A DNA stretch of 64,000 bases from Yuukianura sp. NJ FZ-2021. Its lineage: Eukaryota. Location of the stretch: positions 1,922,001-1,986,000 of the forward strand of contig CM102290.1 in assembly GCA_046563655.1 (NCBI GenBank), in the 5' to 3' direction. A program made the position numbers and the translations under genes. The notes under the pieces were generated by a model, which was not told where the DNA came from, made no database searches, and saw only the letters and a program-made list of their open reading frames with translations. This document shows positions 1-12,646 of this stretch, piece after piece; within the stretch, counting starts at the first letter, position 1, and every line of letters begins with the position of its first letter.

Positions 1-52
1 ACTTTAGGTTTCAGGAAACGATTTCTTGATCTCTTGGTATTTTTGATTGCAG

Positions 53-3000
53 TGTGCTCGGATGGTTGAAAAGTACTATGCTGACAAGAAACTAGCAGAG
101 GAAAAGGCTAAGAAGGACGAGAAAGTCAGAGTTCAAAAGATTGCTGCATTTATGGCCAAGGAAATCCGGAATTTCTGGTCCAACGTTCGCAAATTAGTAG
201 AGTACAAGGAACAATCCAAAATTGAAGAGCTACGGAAGAAGACAATGGACCAGCACCTTAGTTTTATTGTTGATCAAACGGAGAAGATTTCGTCCATGTT
301 GGCCGAATCTTTTTCAACTGACGTTAAGCCACATCGACTAGCATTAGAAAATGACACTGGAAGTGTAGCAGATACTCAAAACACTTTGAAAATATTTGAC
401 GAAGGCCTAATCAATAGTCTCTCTGACGGTACGCTGTTGATTACTTGCGTTTTTAGTTGATTTAATAATAGAATACGTAATTAATGCTTGATTTTTTTGT
501 CAAACAGATGAGTTCCTTCCATCTCCAGAGTCTGAAGATGACGAAGAAACCATAGCTGTAGCTGACACTGAAGCCAAAGACGTTCGTCGTGAAGTGGATT
601 TGCTCAAGCAGGAGTCTGAGATGGCTATTGACGATATCCTGGATACTCTACCTCCGCAGTACGTTCAAGTCCTTATATCTGGGAAAGGTATGTTCTCCCG
701 TAAATCAATTGTCGATTATCAATTGTGCAGCTATTCATATCCAATTTGATCCAAATAACTTCTTCTTACTTAGTTGAACCAAAGGAAGATCCAGAAGAGG
801 ACATGGAGGCAGACGTAAAATGCGAAACTGACGAGTACGAGCCATCAGGATCTGAGTCTGATTTTGAAGATACAATAGTCGAAGAGGAACGTATGGCCGG
901 GACTGGAGGTGCTGGTGATACGGCTGCTGCAGAAATCAAGGAACTAGAAGAAGACAATTTACTAAGCGTGGAACAACTTCGTGCCAAATATATGATGAAA
1001 CCTTCGGATTCTGACAACGAATCTACTGATGTTGACAATACCATGGAGACAGAAGAGGATACAGAAGTTAATGATAGTGAAGAGGATGAAGAGTCTTCGG
1101 TGTTTGGAGATGGTGACGATGCAAATTCTGCTGAAGACCAAGAACAACAAAGTTCTCTGGCGACTTTACTCCAAACGTTTGCTCCTGAAAGGGCTGGAGA
1201 GGATCATGGGGATGATGAGCTCAACTCTGTTGCTGCATTGGCAGAATCATTTCAACCCAAAGGGTATACCCTGTCCTCCACCAGTGTTGTAACCAAGATT
1301 CCTCCACTTCTGAAACATGTACTTCGGGAGTATCAGCACATCGGCCTGGATTGGCTAGTGACAATGTACGACAAGAAGTTGAACGGAATCCTAGCTGATG
1401 AAATGGGTCTGGGCAAGACAATTCAAACGATTGCTCTCCTGGCTCATCTAGCTTGTGAAAAAGGAAACTGGGGACCTCATCTCATCATTGTCCCAACGTC
1501 TGTGATGCTCAACTGGCAAATGGAATTTTTAAAATGGTGTCCAGGATTCAAAGTTCTCACGTACTATGGCAGTATCAAAGAACGGAAAGCGAAGAGAACT
1601 GGTAATGCTGCCAGTACTTTTAATCCCAATTGCATTGTACTTCCATGCAAGTTAGATTCATTATGATTCTGTTTTCAGGATGGACAAAACCAAACACATT
1701 CCATATATGTATCACATCTTACAAGATCCTGATTCAAGATCATCAAGCGTTCAGACGGAAACGCTGGAAGTATTTAATATTAGACGAAGCCCAGAATATT
1801 AAAAATTTCAAGTCCCAGAGATGGCAACTGCTGCTTAATTTCTCTACACAGCGGTATGCTTACAAATTTTTTTCTCAGCTTGTACTTTGTTGTCAATTGG
1901 CTTTTGGGATTGGCTGCGAAATAAAGTTTCATAACTTTTTTGACATTAAAATTTGTGCATGCAGACGATTACTGTTGACTGGAACTCCGCTTCAAAACAA
2001 TTTGATGGAACTGTGGTCTCTGATGCATTTTCTCATGCCAAATGTATTTCAATCCCATCGAGAGTTTCGCCAGTGGTTCTCAAATCCAATGACGGGAATG
2101 ATTGAAGGAAACTCTGAGTATAACGAGAATATTATTAAGCGTTTGCACAAGGTAAGAAACTTTTTATCAACTGTGTATTACAAAATAGTGCAGAATTTAG
2201 ATAAAGATTTACATACTTCAATGCCTCTTAGTTTTACGTTACGCACGTAGTTTGTACATAACTTGTTTAAAGTTTTGCATACGAACAACAGTTGCACAGT
2301 TTTAGACTTGCATAACTTACATAGTTTGCATCAAGGTTCCTTGACAACCGAATTGTATTTCCTGCAACAGGTTGTCCAATAACTCAGGGTTTTCAAATAA
2401 TCTTGCTTCAAACAACGTTTGGCACCAACTTAGCACCAATCCCATTTAGATTACATGCAAAAAATTGCCAAAGAGAGGCAGATTTGCTACTTTCAAATTT
2501 TAAGACTTCGAGTTGTTGGACAACCTGGTCTAGAAAAAGTTTTCTTTCTGTTTGCGAACATTGGTTTGCATACTTGTAAACTTAATGTAGAGTATTGCGC
2601 ACTTGGGCCTTAAGATTACTGGAACTGGGTACTTGACGTTTTTTTTTACTCAACTTAGGTACTACGTCCCTTCATCCTACGTCGTCTCAAAAGTGAAGTC
2701 GAGAAGCAGCTACCTCAGAAGTACGAACATGTTGTGTTATGCCGACTATCCAAGCGCCAACGCTATTTGTACGAAGACTTCATGTCCAGAGCCAAGTAAG
2801 AAATCGTTTATATTGACATGAGTTACTCAAATTCATTTTTTTTACTCATTTTACACATTCTTTTCAAATTTTAGAACAAAGGAGACACTTCAGACCGGAA
2901 GTTTATTGAGCGTCATCAACGTTCTCATGCAACTTCGGAAAGTGTGTAACCATCCTAATTTGTTTGAGCCCCGCCCAATCATTTCCCCCCTCCAAACTCG

Positions 3001-6000
3001 AGGGTTTCCATATGAAATTCCATCTTTAGTCTGGAACATGAGGGATGACGAGCAGGAAAATGTAAGTTTCGACATGTTTTAAAACAAATCATGAAGCAAC
3101 ATAAACCTTGTTTTTAATGATGTTTGTAGACCGTTAGCTACAATGTCTGGAGTGTCACTGGGAATGAACAAACACTGGACAGGCAGTTGGCCAAGAAACT
3201 CCGATCTTTCGTATCCAAAAACTACCGTCTCACGATTCGTTACCTCCGAGGAAATCCTATAATGGAAACAATCAACTTCCTAACTCCAAAATTAGACAGT
3301 TTACGAAATGTAATTGATTTGAGTCATAATAGAACAGAGGGGGATATAGTGATTCCCATAGATGGTGATGAAGACTGCTCTATAATTTTTGAGCAAAAAA
3401 GTGATCCGAGTACAGTTCGCAAGAAGATGTACACATTCCAAAAATCCATTGTGCCTAATCCACCTAGACTAAAAACTCCTTTCGCCCTTTTCACCGTCGA
3501 CACGAATCCTACAGAAAGTTTAATAGACGATCAGGAGTTTTTGGCTGGACTCAAACAGGATCTGGAGCGTCAAGAGGCCCTGTCGCTTCGTTCACAGTCT
3601 TCCTCAACGGTGAGTCTTAATTTAACACAGTTTCGTACAAATTAATCAATGGTCGGTGTAAGTGATAAGATTTGGACTTATCCATTACTTAATTACTTTT
3701 TCTTGTTCAATTTCTAGTTGATTAGTAGAGATGGTTGGATAGAAATGTCTTCAACCAATGCTAGCCGTCCACCGTCATCGAAACGTAAGTGAATCGTTTA
3801 TAAGTTGTTCTAAAATTTTTGCTCTAATCGTGACTTTTTTTTTGAAAACAGGAAAGCCACGAGTCACAAAGTTGTCAAATTCACAGTATCCTATGAAGTT
3901 AGCTACGACGGCCAATGGTTCCGATGTTATTGTGACTACGAACGGTGTCAGGGTAGTGAAATCTGAACAACCTCAGATCATAAAGGTAAGTACACGCAAC
4001 TATTTTTGAGAAAAAGTAATTGAAGACTAATATGTAACGTTTGTACTTTAGACAACGACTGTGCCATACGCTTCCTTGAGATCTAAACGGAAACGACCGA
4101 TAGAAGTTGATGACGAAGACAGGAGAAGTCTTCTGGATGCAGTTGTAGTCGATTTTGAAGATACGCCAGACATAGACACCGTCAATCCTATACTGGAACC
4201 AACAGCAGCGCCAACTGAGTCCGAACAGCTGATTTTGTCACCACCAAAACGCAATGGGATTGACGACAGCGAAGAGATTGATGTATTTGAAGACAGCGGT
4301 GGAGAGGCAGACGGGATTCCTAGCAAAATAGCACGATTAGACTCTCCTGTCAGAAGAAGACAACGACAGAACAGCGATTCTCCGTCACCAAGGAAAGGAG
4401 CAAGATACACAGAAGACGAAGAAGATGGAACTTCTACGAGGCAGAAGCGCAAGCGATCGACCAATGCTAGATCACCGAAGCGAAGACGTATTGACCTTTT
4501 TAATATTGAATTGGTAAGTTTTTGTATAATTTAGTAACGATTAATTATAGTTTATAAATAGTGAGTCTGCGTTATAAATAATTTATAGAAATTATAGAAT
4601 GTAGCCCCGCCCCTTTCCACTTCCAGCCACTCTTTTTGTTACGACTCCTGTGATTGGTTGATTCCAAATCTGTGACGTCACTTTCCACTTTTCTCATTTA
4701 TGGAACTTATGTTCTGTGTTTTAAATCCCAAACGTTTGAAAAGTGACGTCATACACTCTATACTGTCTATAAATTCTGTAATTTATTTATAGTGCAAACT
4801 CCCTAATTATATTTTTTTTTCATATTTTATAGGAAGAAGTTGTTTATCGAAGGCTGTTGGATCGACAAGCTGTGATTTCCAATATCAAGACGATAAACAA
4901 TCGACGACTCCTGGTCCATACAGTATTTGGTGCAGATTTGCTTTACCAAGTACGAGTGATTGGGGTCCTTGGTCAGCTAAGATTTTATCAAAAGCAGAGC
5001 AAACGGACGACAATGCAAGTTGTTAATGCAAGACCAGAAGTTAGGGAGCACGAGTCACATGGGTACTTCAACTTGGGTAATTAGTAACTTCAATTTATGT
5101 AAATTTGTGACTTAGATGGTAAAAATTAATAATGATTCTTATGTGTTTAGGTTACCATGAGGTGATGCTCACAAAAAGAACCAAAATGACGACAAATGTG
5201 CTGGAACGCAACCATCCTTTCAATGTGTGGAGAATAACCCGGGGTCTTTTGGATTTGATCTGGACACTATCCGATGTGATGGAAATGTTGGAAAATATTT
5301 TAAAACGATTCATCATTCACACTCCAGCAGTTTCAGCTCCCAGAATTCAAACTAGAGTGTTTCATCCTTCCGTATCTCGCTATTCTGAACTCCAAACAAT
5401 AGAACAGAAACTGTCCACTCAACTCAAGGAACCGCTAGAACCTCTCCGTCCAATGTTTTCAGCAATGGAAACACAGTTTCCAGATCCCAGACTCATTCAA
5501 TACGACTGTGGTAAACTCCAAGTTCTGGATGGGTAAGGCACGAATTTTGAATTTTTTGAAATTGATTTGAAAATTTGAAACCTTTTTTTGCTTTTGATTT
5601 TGGTAGACTCCTCCGACGTCTCAAAGCCGAAAGTCACCGAGTTTTAATTTTTACCCAAATGGCGAAAATGTTGGACGTTCTGGAGGCATTTTTAAATCAC
5701 CATGGTTACATTTACTTACGACTCGACGGAGCTACGAAGATTGACCAAAGACAACTTTTGATGGAGAGATTTAACACGGACAAGCGGATATTTTGTTTTA
5801 TTTTATCAACTCGTTCTGGAGGAATTGGAGTGAACTTGACCGGAGCTGACACTGTAATATTCTATGACTCTGATTGGAATCCCACAATGGATGCTCAAGC
5901 TCAAGACCGATGTCATCGGATAGGGCAGACCAGGGATGTCCATATTTACAGGTAAATCCAAGGTTCCTATAGCAACGAAATAGTTTTCCTTTAACAGGTT

Positions 6001-9000
6001 TGGCAATAAGTCCTGTTCCCGCCCCGAACAATTTTTTCCGCCAATCCCATTTGATTACTGCCATAGGAAGGCATGGTGAAGCAAGTTTTGCTTATTTTTT
6101 AACAAAATTTAAAAAGTTCTAGTTATTGCCTAACCTGTTGAAGAAAAAACTATTTTCTTGTTTACGAACCTTGGGTAAATCCCTAACAAACATTTTGAGC
6201 TTAGAATTTGTTGGGCCATTAACTTAACTTTTGTTGATATCTCAGACTCGTAAGTGAGAAAACCGTGGAAGAAAATATCCTCAAAAAGTCAAATCAGAAG
6301 AAGCTTCTTGGTGAACTGGCCATTGAGGGTGGGAACTTCACGACCGCCTATTTTAAAAAGGTCTGATTTTCAAAATTTCAAGTTTTTACAACATTTTCAA
6401 AAAAGTGATTTTTCTCCTTTTTTTTTACGACAGAATACGATTCATGACATTTTTGACGTGGATGAAGGCGAGGTTGACGCCCAGAAGAGAATGGCCGAAA
6501 TCCTTGAAACGCCTGTTTCCTCCCCGCAACCAATCGCTGAAAGTTCTACTCAACTTGCAATTGGAAAAGAAGAGGACGAAACTAACAAGAAATCTGCAAA
6601 GTACATCTTGGAATCTGCTTTGGCCGCTGCCGAAGATGACTCAGATGTTCAAGCCGCAAGGACAGTTACGGCTGAAGCAGCAGCGGAGTTGGCCGAATTC
6701 GATGAAGATATTCCTTTAGTAGACGAAGAGGTAACACTTTGTGTTAAAAATTTCATAAATTTTTGCTTCAGCTGATTTTCAACACAAAATTTTTGCTTGA
6801 AGAGAACATTTTTTGGTTTTGTTAAAAGTGTGCTTGGTTTTTAACTTTAATGTACCGTGTAACGTATTACGTTTTGTAGGCCAACGAAGTCGAAGAACCG
6901 AGTCCGATTGAACAAGAAATGGAGTACATCATGAGCGAGGTAAGGAATGTGTAACACTGGAACTAAATTTGTATTTAGTTGTAAGTTAATTGTTGATTGT
7001 TAATTGATTTTTTTTGTTCTATAGCTGTCCAGTGTGGAACTGTATGCTTTGAGATTCATGGAAAACACGATCGATGATTGGTCCAAGGAAACTTTTGCCA
7101 ACGCCCAACGCGAGCTGGAAATTCAAAAACTGGAGTGGGAACAGGAGCAGCAACAGCAAAACGAAAGTGAGATGATCTTTGGTGATCCAGTGCCGCTGTT
7201 GAGTGCCGGAGAACAATTGGAGGACATGCTGACATACCCAATGCTTCCTCAGGTGACAACCAAATCTCCATCTCCCCCGGTACTTGAACCCCCTAAGGAA
7301 ACTGTTGTAAAAAGGAGTAGACGACAAACACTAAAACCAAAAGAGCCCGAACCAGAACCGGTAAAGACAGGTCCAGCTAGAAGTACGAGAGCCAGGAGAA
7401 AAACCATGTTTTAAGGGCAGGACGAAGGGGCGGGCCTTTGGACAAGTACTCATGCGAGTGTGAGGATAAGGGTCTCCCCTGAGTCTGAGTTTCCATAGTT
7501 ACCAAAAGTGTATAATAGTTGAAAATTGTAGACACGACAAGAGTCCGGGAAGATTTGACTGTTGAATCACATTCCAGTCACCCCCGGTACGACGGTACAA
7601 GAGACTTACTGGGTCTAACCGTCTCCAGTACCGATTCGGCGATCCGAACGGAGAAACCGGTACTAGCGCTACCGGTTTCATTTTGAGGCAATCTACAACG
7701 CCGACATTGCGTTGCCTTCGATGCGGGCCGCGAAAGGTTTAGAATGATGTGATTCGTTTGATTATCGAAAGACGATAGATCTAGAAGATCTAGAACTTTT
7801 TAAATTCGTTTGACGCTAAAAAAAATCTTGCTAAACGAACGTGACGAAGCCATTGGCTGATTATTTCTAAAAGTCAATGTTAATTAAATTAAAGCAACAT
7901 GAATCATGCGACGTTGCTACCAGAAGCCCCGCCCCCTATGTAGCCCCGCCCCCGCCACAAAAACTACTCTTTACTCTTTTGTTCTCTTCCTACCAACCGT
8001 TTAACTACGAATTAATTAACCTTATATATTTAAAATCAATTAATTGTTAATTTGTTAAATTTATCTTTATGAGGTTTAGCCGAAATTAATTTAGTTAAAG
8101 TTAGAATCTTGAAGTTTTTCTAGATTCTGGACTTACAAATTATGGATTTATTGAAAAAGTTGGATGTGTTTTTAGAAAAAAAAATTAAAAAATGTTTTGT
8201 AAAAAGGAAAATAATCCGCTTCCAAAGAAAGAAAATCGAAAACTTTGTTCCAAATTTTCTTTAATTCAACCCAGTCTTTGACCTGATTCCAGAAGTGACG
8301 AAGAGAGGGACGTGGGGCTTTAAATTTTTTAAATTTTTTGTTTGATAGTTTGGGTTTGGTGAAGACTTGTTTTTTAAAAAAAAAATTACGCAATTTTTCT
8401 ATACTTTTTTTTGTTTTAGTTGGGTTTGCTTTCATTTTCAAAACAAAAACAAAGTTGAACCAAAAATCGGGAACAAAAATTGATTAAAAAATTATAAAAA
8501 TGAAACTAAATGCTCAATTAAAGTTTTAAAATGGAGTTTTAAAAATTTCTTTAAAAAAAATTTCCCCAAGGAATTCAAAGTCTGGTTTGAGTTAAAGGAG
8601 ATTAGTATTATTATGGAAAAAGTTTTTGGATCATTTCTTTTCTCTGCGGTTATTTAACTTTTTCCAAAATGTTTTTTTTACCGTGCAAAATCCATAAGTT
8701 AAAATAGTTTTTTTAAACAAAAAAAAGAGCATAATATCAAGTATAATTTTTTACTCAATTCTGTTTTCCGGTTTTTGCAGGAATTTTGGTTTGACGAGGT
8801 ATTGGGTTATGGGATGCCGGTGAGTTTTATGTTTTTAACTTATTTTCAAAAAAAAATTCAAAATTTCAAAATATGCTTTGCTTCCGTGAGTATTTTCTCC
8901 TGCTTGTGCTACTTTATTCGTTCCAGGTCATTAACGCGAAAACAATAAGCGCGAAACTGCAACTTGGCAACACTGAGCCGTATTATCAATGAACGCTTAA

Positions 9001-12000
9001 ACCCAATGTGATTTTGTTCCATTGTTGCCAACTTGGCGAATTCGTGCTTCTGGTTTTCGTGCTAATGGCCTGCTACGACTTTTTTTTTATTACTCGAAAT
9101 ATATTTTATGTTACGTATTTATTTTATTTTATTGCGTTTTTGTTACCAATTCAATTAGGTTTATGGTCCTCCCACACCTCCATTGGGAGATGACGATGTT
9201 TACATTGATCACTCCACTGCCATGTTGTACGACGTGAGTACAACGATTCCAGATCATCTTCTACCCAAAGTATGGCAAGGACCGAAGACACCTAAAGGGA
9301 CAGTAGTTGATTCGCCACCAGTAAAGAATTCAGTAGATGAGACTATTCAGGAGAACAGTACTAAGAAGAGCAGTAGTTCTGTCATGAGTGGATTGTTGTC
9401 CAAGACGATACGACGAGACGAACCGATCTTTGCTCCACGCTCACTTTTTGATCGTCCATCACCAGCATTGGCCAAGATGCGAAGGGACTACAAGATTCAG
9501 AAAATGTCCAAGACGAATTCCAAGTTTCCTGGAGCTCTTTCCGTTATCAACACACAACCATTGCCGAAGACATTGGGGCCACCAGGAGCCATTTCCTTTC
9601 CAGTGACAGTTCCCAAAGCGTCACAACAAGCGCCGACGGACATTCTGGAATGGACCATCCCTGAAGACAATGCTCTTCTTCAGGTTAGGTTTTAACATAT
9701 TATTGAGTTAGCATTAAAGCATAAATGGAATTGAATTGGGCAGACTATGACTCACTTTCACGAAAAAATCGTTTTGATTAATTTTTTACAGTCTATCACG
9801 ACCTTCTTGGAACTTCCGCCGAACCTCCTTATTGTCAATTTGGCTCAAACACCGAACTGGGACTTTTCTACAGAAGTGGTCAACACGCTGTCACGAATTA
9901 ATCGATCCCAAAAGCAATGCAAAATGAGGTAAGAAACAATGGCTGCAGTGTTTACCCAGAAAACAATTGAATACTTTGACTACTGGAGCTAAAACTTAAT
10001 TTTTCCTTAGGTACGAACAAGTGATTCAGCCAAGAGAAGAAGGAAAATACGTTGAGCCAGTGACGATTCCGCCAAAGAAGAAGAAAGCCAAGTCGTTTAT
10101 CAAACTGAGTCCACCGCCAGTTCCAAAGGGACGACGCCTCAAGACGTCTGAAATTGTGGCCAACGACAATAATAGCCAATACAAAACAATGTTTAGCAAA
10201 AAGTTCAGTACGATGATGAGCATTCCAAAGGATCGTAAAGACCTTAGTCTCCCGTCATCTACTCCAGCTAATCCTCCAACCCATAGTTCACGTGCACCCA
10301 AACAACACATCGTCTTTGCCGACCATGGCATCAACTTTGATACGCCGATTCCTCTTCCTGTAATTGCAAATCAACGACTCGAGAGACTATTGGCTGAGCG
10401 ACAAAAGCAAATTGCGACACAACGAGCACAACAAGCTGAACTTGTTGCTGCTGCTGCAGCGGCTCGTAACAGTTCGTCAATCATTCGGTTACCTCAACAG
10501 CAAATGCAGCGAGTTCAATTGGTCTCTTCAGCTGGAACGCCTCAACAGGAACAACAATTGCTTCAACAGCAACAACAACAACAGGCGATTCCTCAACAAC
10601 AACAACAGCAACAACTTCAACGAGTCCAATTAGTTGGATCGCCTACACCGGAACAATTGGCCCAGGCTCATGGTGTGCTATTAGGAATCAACAAAAGTAG
10701 CGCACCGCCAACATCGTCAGTCGTATCTACAGTACAAGGCACTCCAACACTCATAGGAACCCTGTCCCAACCTCCCGGAGTTCTTCTACCCCCTCAAGGT
10801 CAAACTCTACCGCAAAGAGCAGCTCTAATTCCAATGTCTCGATCACCAATTCAAATCCATCAACCAACCTCAATTCAAGCCCAACAGACTAACACACTCC
10901 TCCAAAAACCAAACCAGACAGTACAGTCCCTCATTCTTACACCGCAACAACAGCAACATTCTACAATTGTTACTTCCACAACTGCAGCACAAGCACAACA
11001 GACCATAACGGCACACCAAAAACTTAACCAAACCCCTACTGGACAACAAGCTCTGATTTTCGCACCGCAACAACAACATGCTACAATCGTTAGTTCAGCT
11101 TCTGTTGGACAAACACAACAAAAACCTAATCAAACGATTGGGCAGACCCTGACTCTCGCACCGTCACAACAACAGCAACAACTTGCAACAATTGTTACGT
11201 CAAGTGCTGCTGCTGCTGGACAAAACACTGGACTTCCTATAGTGATTCCCGTGTCTTCACCTAACATCGTCAGAGGAATGTCACCGAATCAGACAATTGG
11301 TCAATCCACGTCTCCTATGGCTCATTCCCATAAGTTCATAATTACACAAAGGGAAGGACAAACTCCTGTTCAGGTTCACAGTCAATCTCAGAGTCCAATT
11401 ATCCTAACTATCACTATTCCAGTGAATACAATTTCTGGACCACAAGGAGCCTATTCTCAAGGGCAAATTGTTCTACCCGCCAGAAGTTCAACTACGACGA
11501 CTGTCACGTCTGGAACGCAAGTTGGATTGACACAAGCGATACAACAGCCAGTACTTGTTCCTGGAGTAAGTTCCTTAATTTATTCAGTTAATAATCATAA
11601 TCAACTTCTACCTTATGCAAAATGTTTTGTTTTTTTTTCTCAGAAGGGCGTACCGTCAAGTCCACAACAAGTTTCGCTCGTGCGCGGTCCAGTTACTCCA
11701 GGAATAATCTCAACGTCACCCGGAGTGATGTCGACTCCAGTAAAATTTTCACCCGGGGTACGCCAGACGTTAGCTCCTACTCGACTTGTGGAGTATCCAA
11801 ATAGTCAACAACCCTACTTTGTATCAGCCATGACCTTGGGCCGTGCCGCTAATCCTCTACCGCCACTGTCAAGGTACGGCAGATTGAATCGAACACCTTC
11901 CCCATCAGGCCTAACTTACAGAAGATCACCTACCAATGAAAGCACAATCCAAGTCAGCCCAAGACCGCTAACAAATCCCAGCGTCAGAACTCAACTCTTT

Positions 12001-12423
12001 ACGCCCGTCTCCCAAATTTCACTTGTACGTGGAACTGTCCCTTCCTCATCCTCTACAACTGTAACATCCATTCCAGTCACCACTAAAACTTCTTTACTAC
12101 GACAAGCTGTTCCTGTCACAACAGAATCCCAGAGACCACAACTATTTCAACGTCCACAGATCATCTCTGGCCCAATTCCAGCCAACAGTCAATTCAACTT
12201 CCACCTTGGGAATTCCCCTGGTCCAACTATCCTGTTGACCAATGTACCCAGAGGAAATACGAATGATCCACCGAAACTGATTGTCAACTCTTCAACGGCT
12301 CCAACAACAGGAGTCTATACAATCTACACAACAACAACTACTACGACAACGGCCGCCACGGCTGGACCTCCCAATCCAAGTCACAGTGCTGGGCCGTCGC
12401 CCGGGCAACAGCCGCAGGAATAA
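53..12423 (+). CDS. dom: Helicase domino (SWR1/SRCAP/p400 family SNF2 ATPase), long p400-like isoform; multi-exon, N-terminus lies before the window
   Basis: Spliced ORFs give an HSA region ([14 protein letters not shown]) and a split SNF2 ATPase ([63 protein letters not shown]). These are followed by a PPTPP..DVYID motif, a Myb/SANT-like domain ([22 protein letters not shown]) and a Q-rich tail. Introns are GT-AG throughout. Confidence 0.96.
2332..2563. mobile_element. MITE family 1 (CAAGG termini, 8-bp TSD; P- or hAT-type), in a domino intron
   Basis: CAAGGTTCC...GAACATTG ends, subterminal CAGGTTGTCCAA/TTGGACAACCTG inverted repeat, perfect TSD GTTTGCAT. Confidence 0.9.
4559..4805. mobile_element. 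MITE family 3 (TAGGGAG...CTCCCTA ends) in a domino intron
   Basis: TAGTGAGTCTGCGTTATAAATAA / TTATTTATAGTGCAAACTCCCTA inverted ends; homologous to 13561-13919. Confidence 0.82.
5959..6173. mobile_element. MITE family 1 copy inserted at a domino splice donor
   Basis: CAAGGTTC...GAACCTTG ends, AACAGGTT/AACCTGTT subterminal repeat, perfect TSD GGTAAATC. Confidence 0.92.
7253..7414 (+). CDS. dom: Alternative C-terminal coding segment of a short domino isoform (DOM-B/SRCAP-like), 53 aa
   Basis: The exon starting at 7024 has an internal donor CAG|GTGACA at 7252/7253. If this donor is not used, the frame continues VTTKSPSPP...[11 protein letters not shown] to TAA at 7412-7414. Confidence 0.65.
   Translation: MTTKSPSPPVLEPPKETVVKRSRRQTLKPKEPEPEPVKTGPARSTRARRKTMF
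8781..8819 (+). CDS. dom: 39-nt phase-0 micro-exon of the long domino isoform ([13 protein letters not shown])
   Basis: Flanked by TTTTGCAG and GTGAGT; joins ...MLPQ to VYGPPTPP (exon from 9159) in frame. Confidence 0.8.
8924..9072. mobile_element. MITE family 2 (long ~50-bp TIRs)
   Basis: CAGGTCATTAACGCGAAAAC...TTGGCAAC mirrored by GTTGCCAA...GTTTTCGTGCTAATGGCCTG; related copies at 46678 and 54339; no clear TSD. Confidence 0.82.
10540..10622 (+). repeat. CAA/CAG poly-glutamine coding tracts in the domino tail
   Basis: Translates [26 protein letters not shown]. Confidence 0.9.
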
Positions 12424-12646
12424 GCTCAAATAGTCTCCAGGAGGACTGAAAGTGACGACTCAAATCTCATTGTCCTTGTTTTACAAAAACTTTTGTAAAT
12501 TGAGTGTGAAAATTGGGAATTGGGTTAGCCTTAAACGAGACTGTCGTTATATAACGTTCGAATAACGATCAAATTCCCGAAAGTGTCGACGTATTTGAAA
12601 CGTTATGGGTTTTGTTTCGACAGCTACAAAACGTTTTAGGACGGAT

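Noticed and set aside
7412..7500. Stop-codon readthrough or frameshift extending the short domino tail
   Set aside because: TAA-G is a poor readthrough context and the frames I checked close again within ~30 codons.
766..10334. Antisense ORFs over domino (e.g. 766-1044, 4048-4464, 10026-10334)
   Set aside because: Ser/Leu-rich shadows of acidic or basic sense-strand codons.
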